The notes below the pieces were generated by a model. It worked only from the letters and a program-made list of their open reading frames with translations, had not been told where the DNA came from and ran no database searches. DNA of 63,400 bases, the filler included, from Octopus bimaculoides (lineage: Eukaryota): NCBI RefSeq assembly GCF_001194135.2. It is 5 parts of 4 records of this genome, joined end to end, with 100 filler letters (N's around TTAATTAATTAA, not from the genome) between each part and the next. Parts side by side here need not be neighbours in the genome. Positions count along the whole stretch, not along the records: positions 58,033 to 63,400 come from NW_026339109.1; 4 more parts are not named here. One strand, written 5' to 3'. Each line of letters begins with the position of its first letter. Position 1 is the first letter of the stretch. Shown in pieces: positions 61,764 to 63,400 of this stretch. The translations under genes were made by a program, and so were the position numbers.

Positions 61764-62707
61764 NNNNNNNNNNNNNNNNNNNNNNNNNNNNNNNNNNNNN
61801 NNNNNNNNNNNNNNNNNNNNNNNNNNNNNNNNNNNNNNNNNNNNNNNNNNNNNNNNNNNNNNNNNNNNNNNNNNNNNNNNNNNNNNNNNNNNNNNNNNNN
61901 NNNNNNNNNNNNNNNNNNNNNNNNNNNNNNNNNNNNNNNNNNNNNNNNNNNNNNNNNNNNNNNNNNNNNNNNNNNNNNNNNNNNNNNNNNNNNNNNNNNN
62001 NNNNNNNNNNNNNNNNNNNNNNNNNNNNNNNNNNNNNNNNNNNNNNNNNNNNNNNNNNNNNNNNNNNNNNNNNNNNNNNNNNNNNNNNNNNNNNNNNNNN
62101 NNNNNNNNNNNNNNNNNNNNNNNNNNNNNNNNNNNNNNNNNNNNNNNNNNNNNNNNNNNNNNNNNNNNNNNNNNNNNNNNNNNNNNNNNNNNNNNNNNNN
62201 NNNNNNNNNNNNNNNNNNNNNNNNNNNNNNNNNNNNNNNNNNNNNNNNNNNNNNNNNNNNNNNNNNNNNNNNNNNNNNNNNNNNNNNNNNNNNNNNNNNN
62301 NNNNNNNNNNNNNNNNNNNNNNNNNNNNNNNNNNNNNNNNNNNNNNNNNNNNNNNNNNNNNNNNNNNNNNNNNNNNNNNNNNNNNNNNNNNNNNNNNNNN
62401 NNNNNNNNNNNNNNNNNNNNNNNNNNNNNNNNNNNNNNNNNNNNNNNNNNNNNNNNNNNNNNNNNNNNNNNNNNNNNNNNNNNNNNNNNNNNNNNNNNNN
62501 NNNNNNNNNNNNNNNNNNNNNNNNNNNNNNNNNNNNNNNNNNNNNNNNNNNNNNNNNNNNNNNNNNNNNNNNNNNNNNNNNNNNNNNNNNNNNNNNNNNN
62601 NNNNNNNNNNNNNNNNNNNNNNNNNNNNNNNNNNNNNNNNNNNNNNNNNNNNNNNNNNNNNNNNNNNNNNNNNNNNNNNNNNNNNNNNNNNNNNNNNNNN
62701 NNNNNNN

Positions 62708-62750
<43 letters not shown>

Positions 62751-63350
62751 CACACACACATATATATATACATATATGTATACACACACATATATATACA
62801 TAATAAATTTACATATACGTGCACACTTGCACACACGTGCGCACACACACTCACACACACTCACACACACTCACACACATATACATATATACACATATGT
62901 ACATAGTTATAAGTCAAACTAATTGTATATAACATTCTTCATAAAATTTCCAAATTATCCTTAAAGTGACTCATAAATAACGCAATTAAACGACATCTCA
63001 TTTTAATAGATGTGTCCTTACACACAATAACACACATACAGACAGACACACACACACACACACACACAGACAGACAGACACACACACACACACACACATT
63101 TATATCTGTATGTGTTTACTTACACATACACATACACATACAAACACAGAATCCTGAATTGTATTCATAAACACAATCAAGCGCACACAATTACATATAT
63201 TACAAATAGTTATTTATTCCTGTATAATACAATTATATAATTAAATATATTTACTATTTTGGTAAGTATTTTAATACAGATATAGACACACGCACACATA
63301 TACCTCAACCTATATCATATTTGTATATATGTATGATTGAATACACACAG

Positions 63351-63400
<50 letters not shown>

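Overview
This is AT-rich, microsatellite-dense eukaryotic DNA with many N gaps. The repeat families (RTE LINEs with ATG-repeat tails, OK/OR-type tRNA-derived SINEs) point to an octopod cephalopod such as Octopus; this is an inference, not a database result. I found no intact, recognisable host gene. The window is a graveyard of nested transposons: RTE LINEs carrying a PHD-like finger inside the RT, several SINE families with shared and swapped modules, three Penelope-like remnants, Tc1, mariner, Tigger/pogo, hAT (Buster-like), Helitron, R4-like and Tx1-like LINE fragments, MITEs and a foldback element. The best leads are four. (1) A degenerate type I hammerhead ribozyme at 56381-56435 (-), downstream of a Penelope-like RT remnant. 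(2) The 5' part of a Sola3-like DNA transposon at 39597-41062 (-), with a TTAA|GAG terminus, a Cys-rich N-terminus and a repairable ~390-codon first exon. (3) The PHD-type finger inside the RTE reverse transcriptase. (4) SINEs with a common body but different tails. Four 100-bp gaps containing TTAATTAATTAA are scaffolding artefacts, so order and orientation across them are uncertain. Most long ORFs in the supplied track are microsatellite or N-gap artefacts. Family assignments come from motif recognition by eye and boundaries are approximate unless stated.
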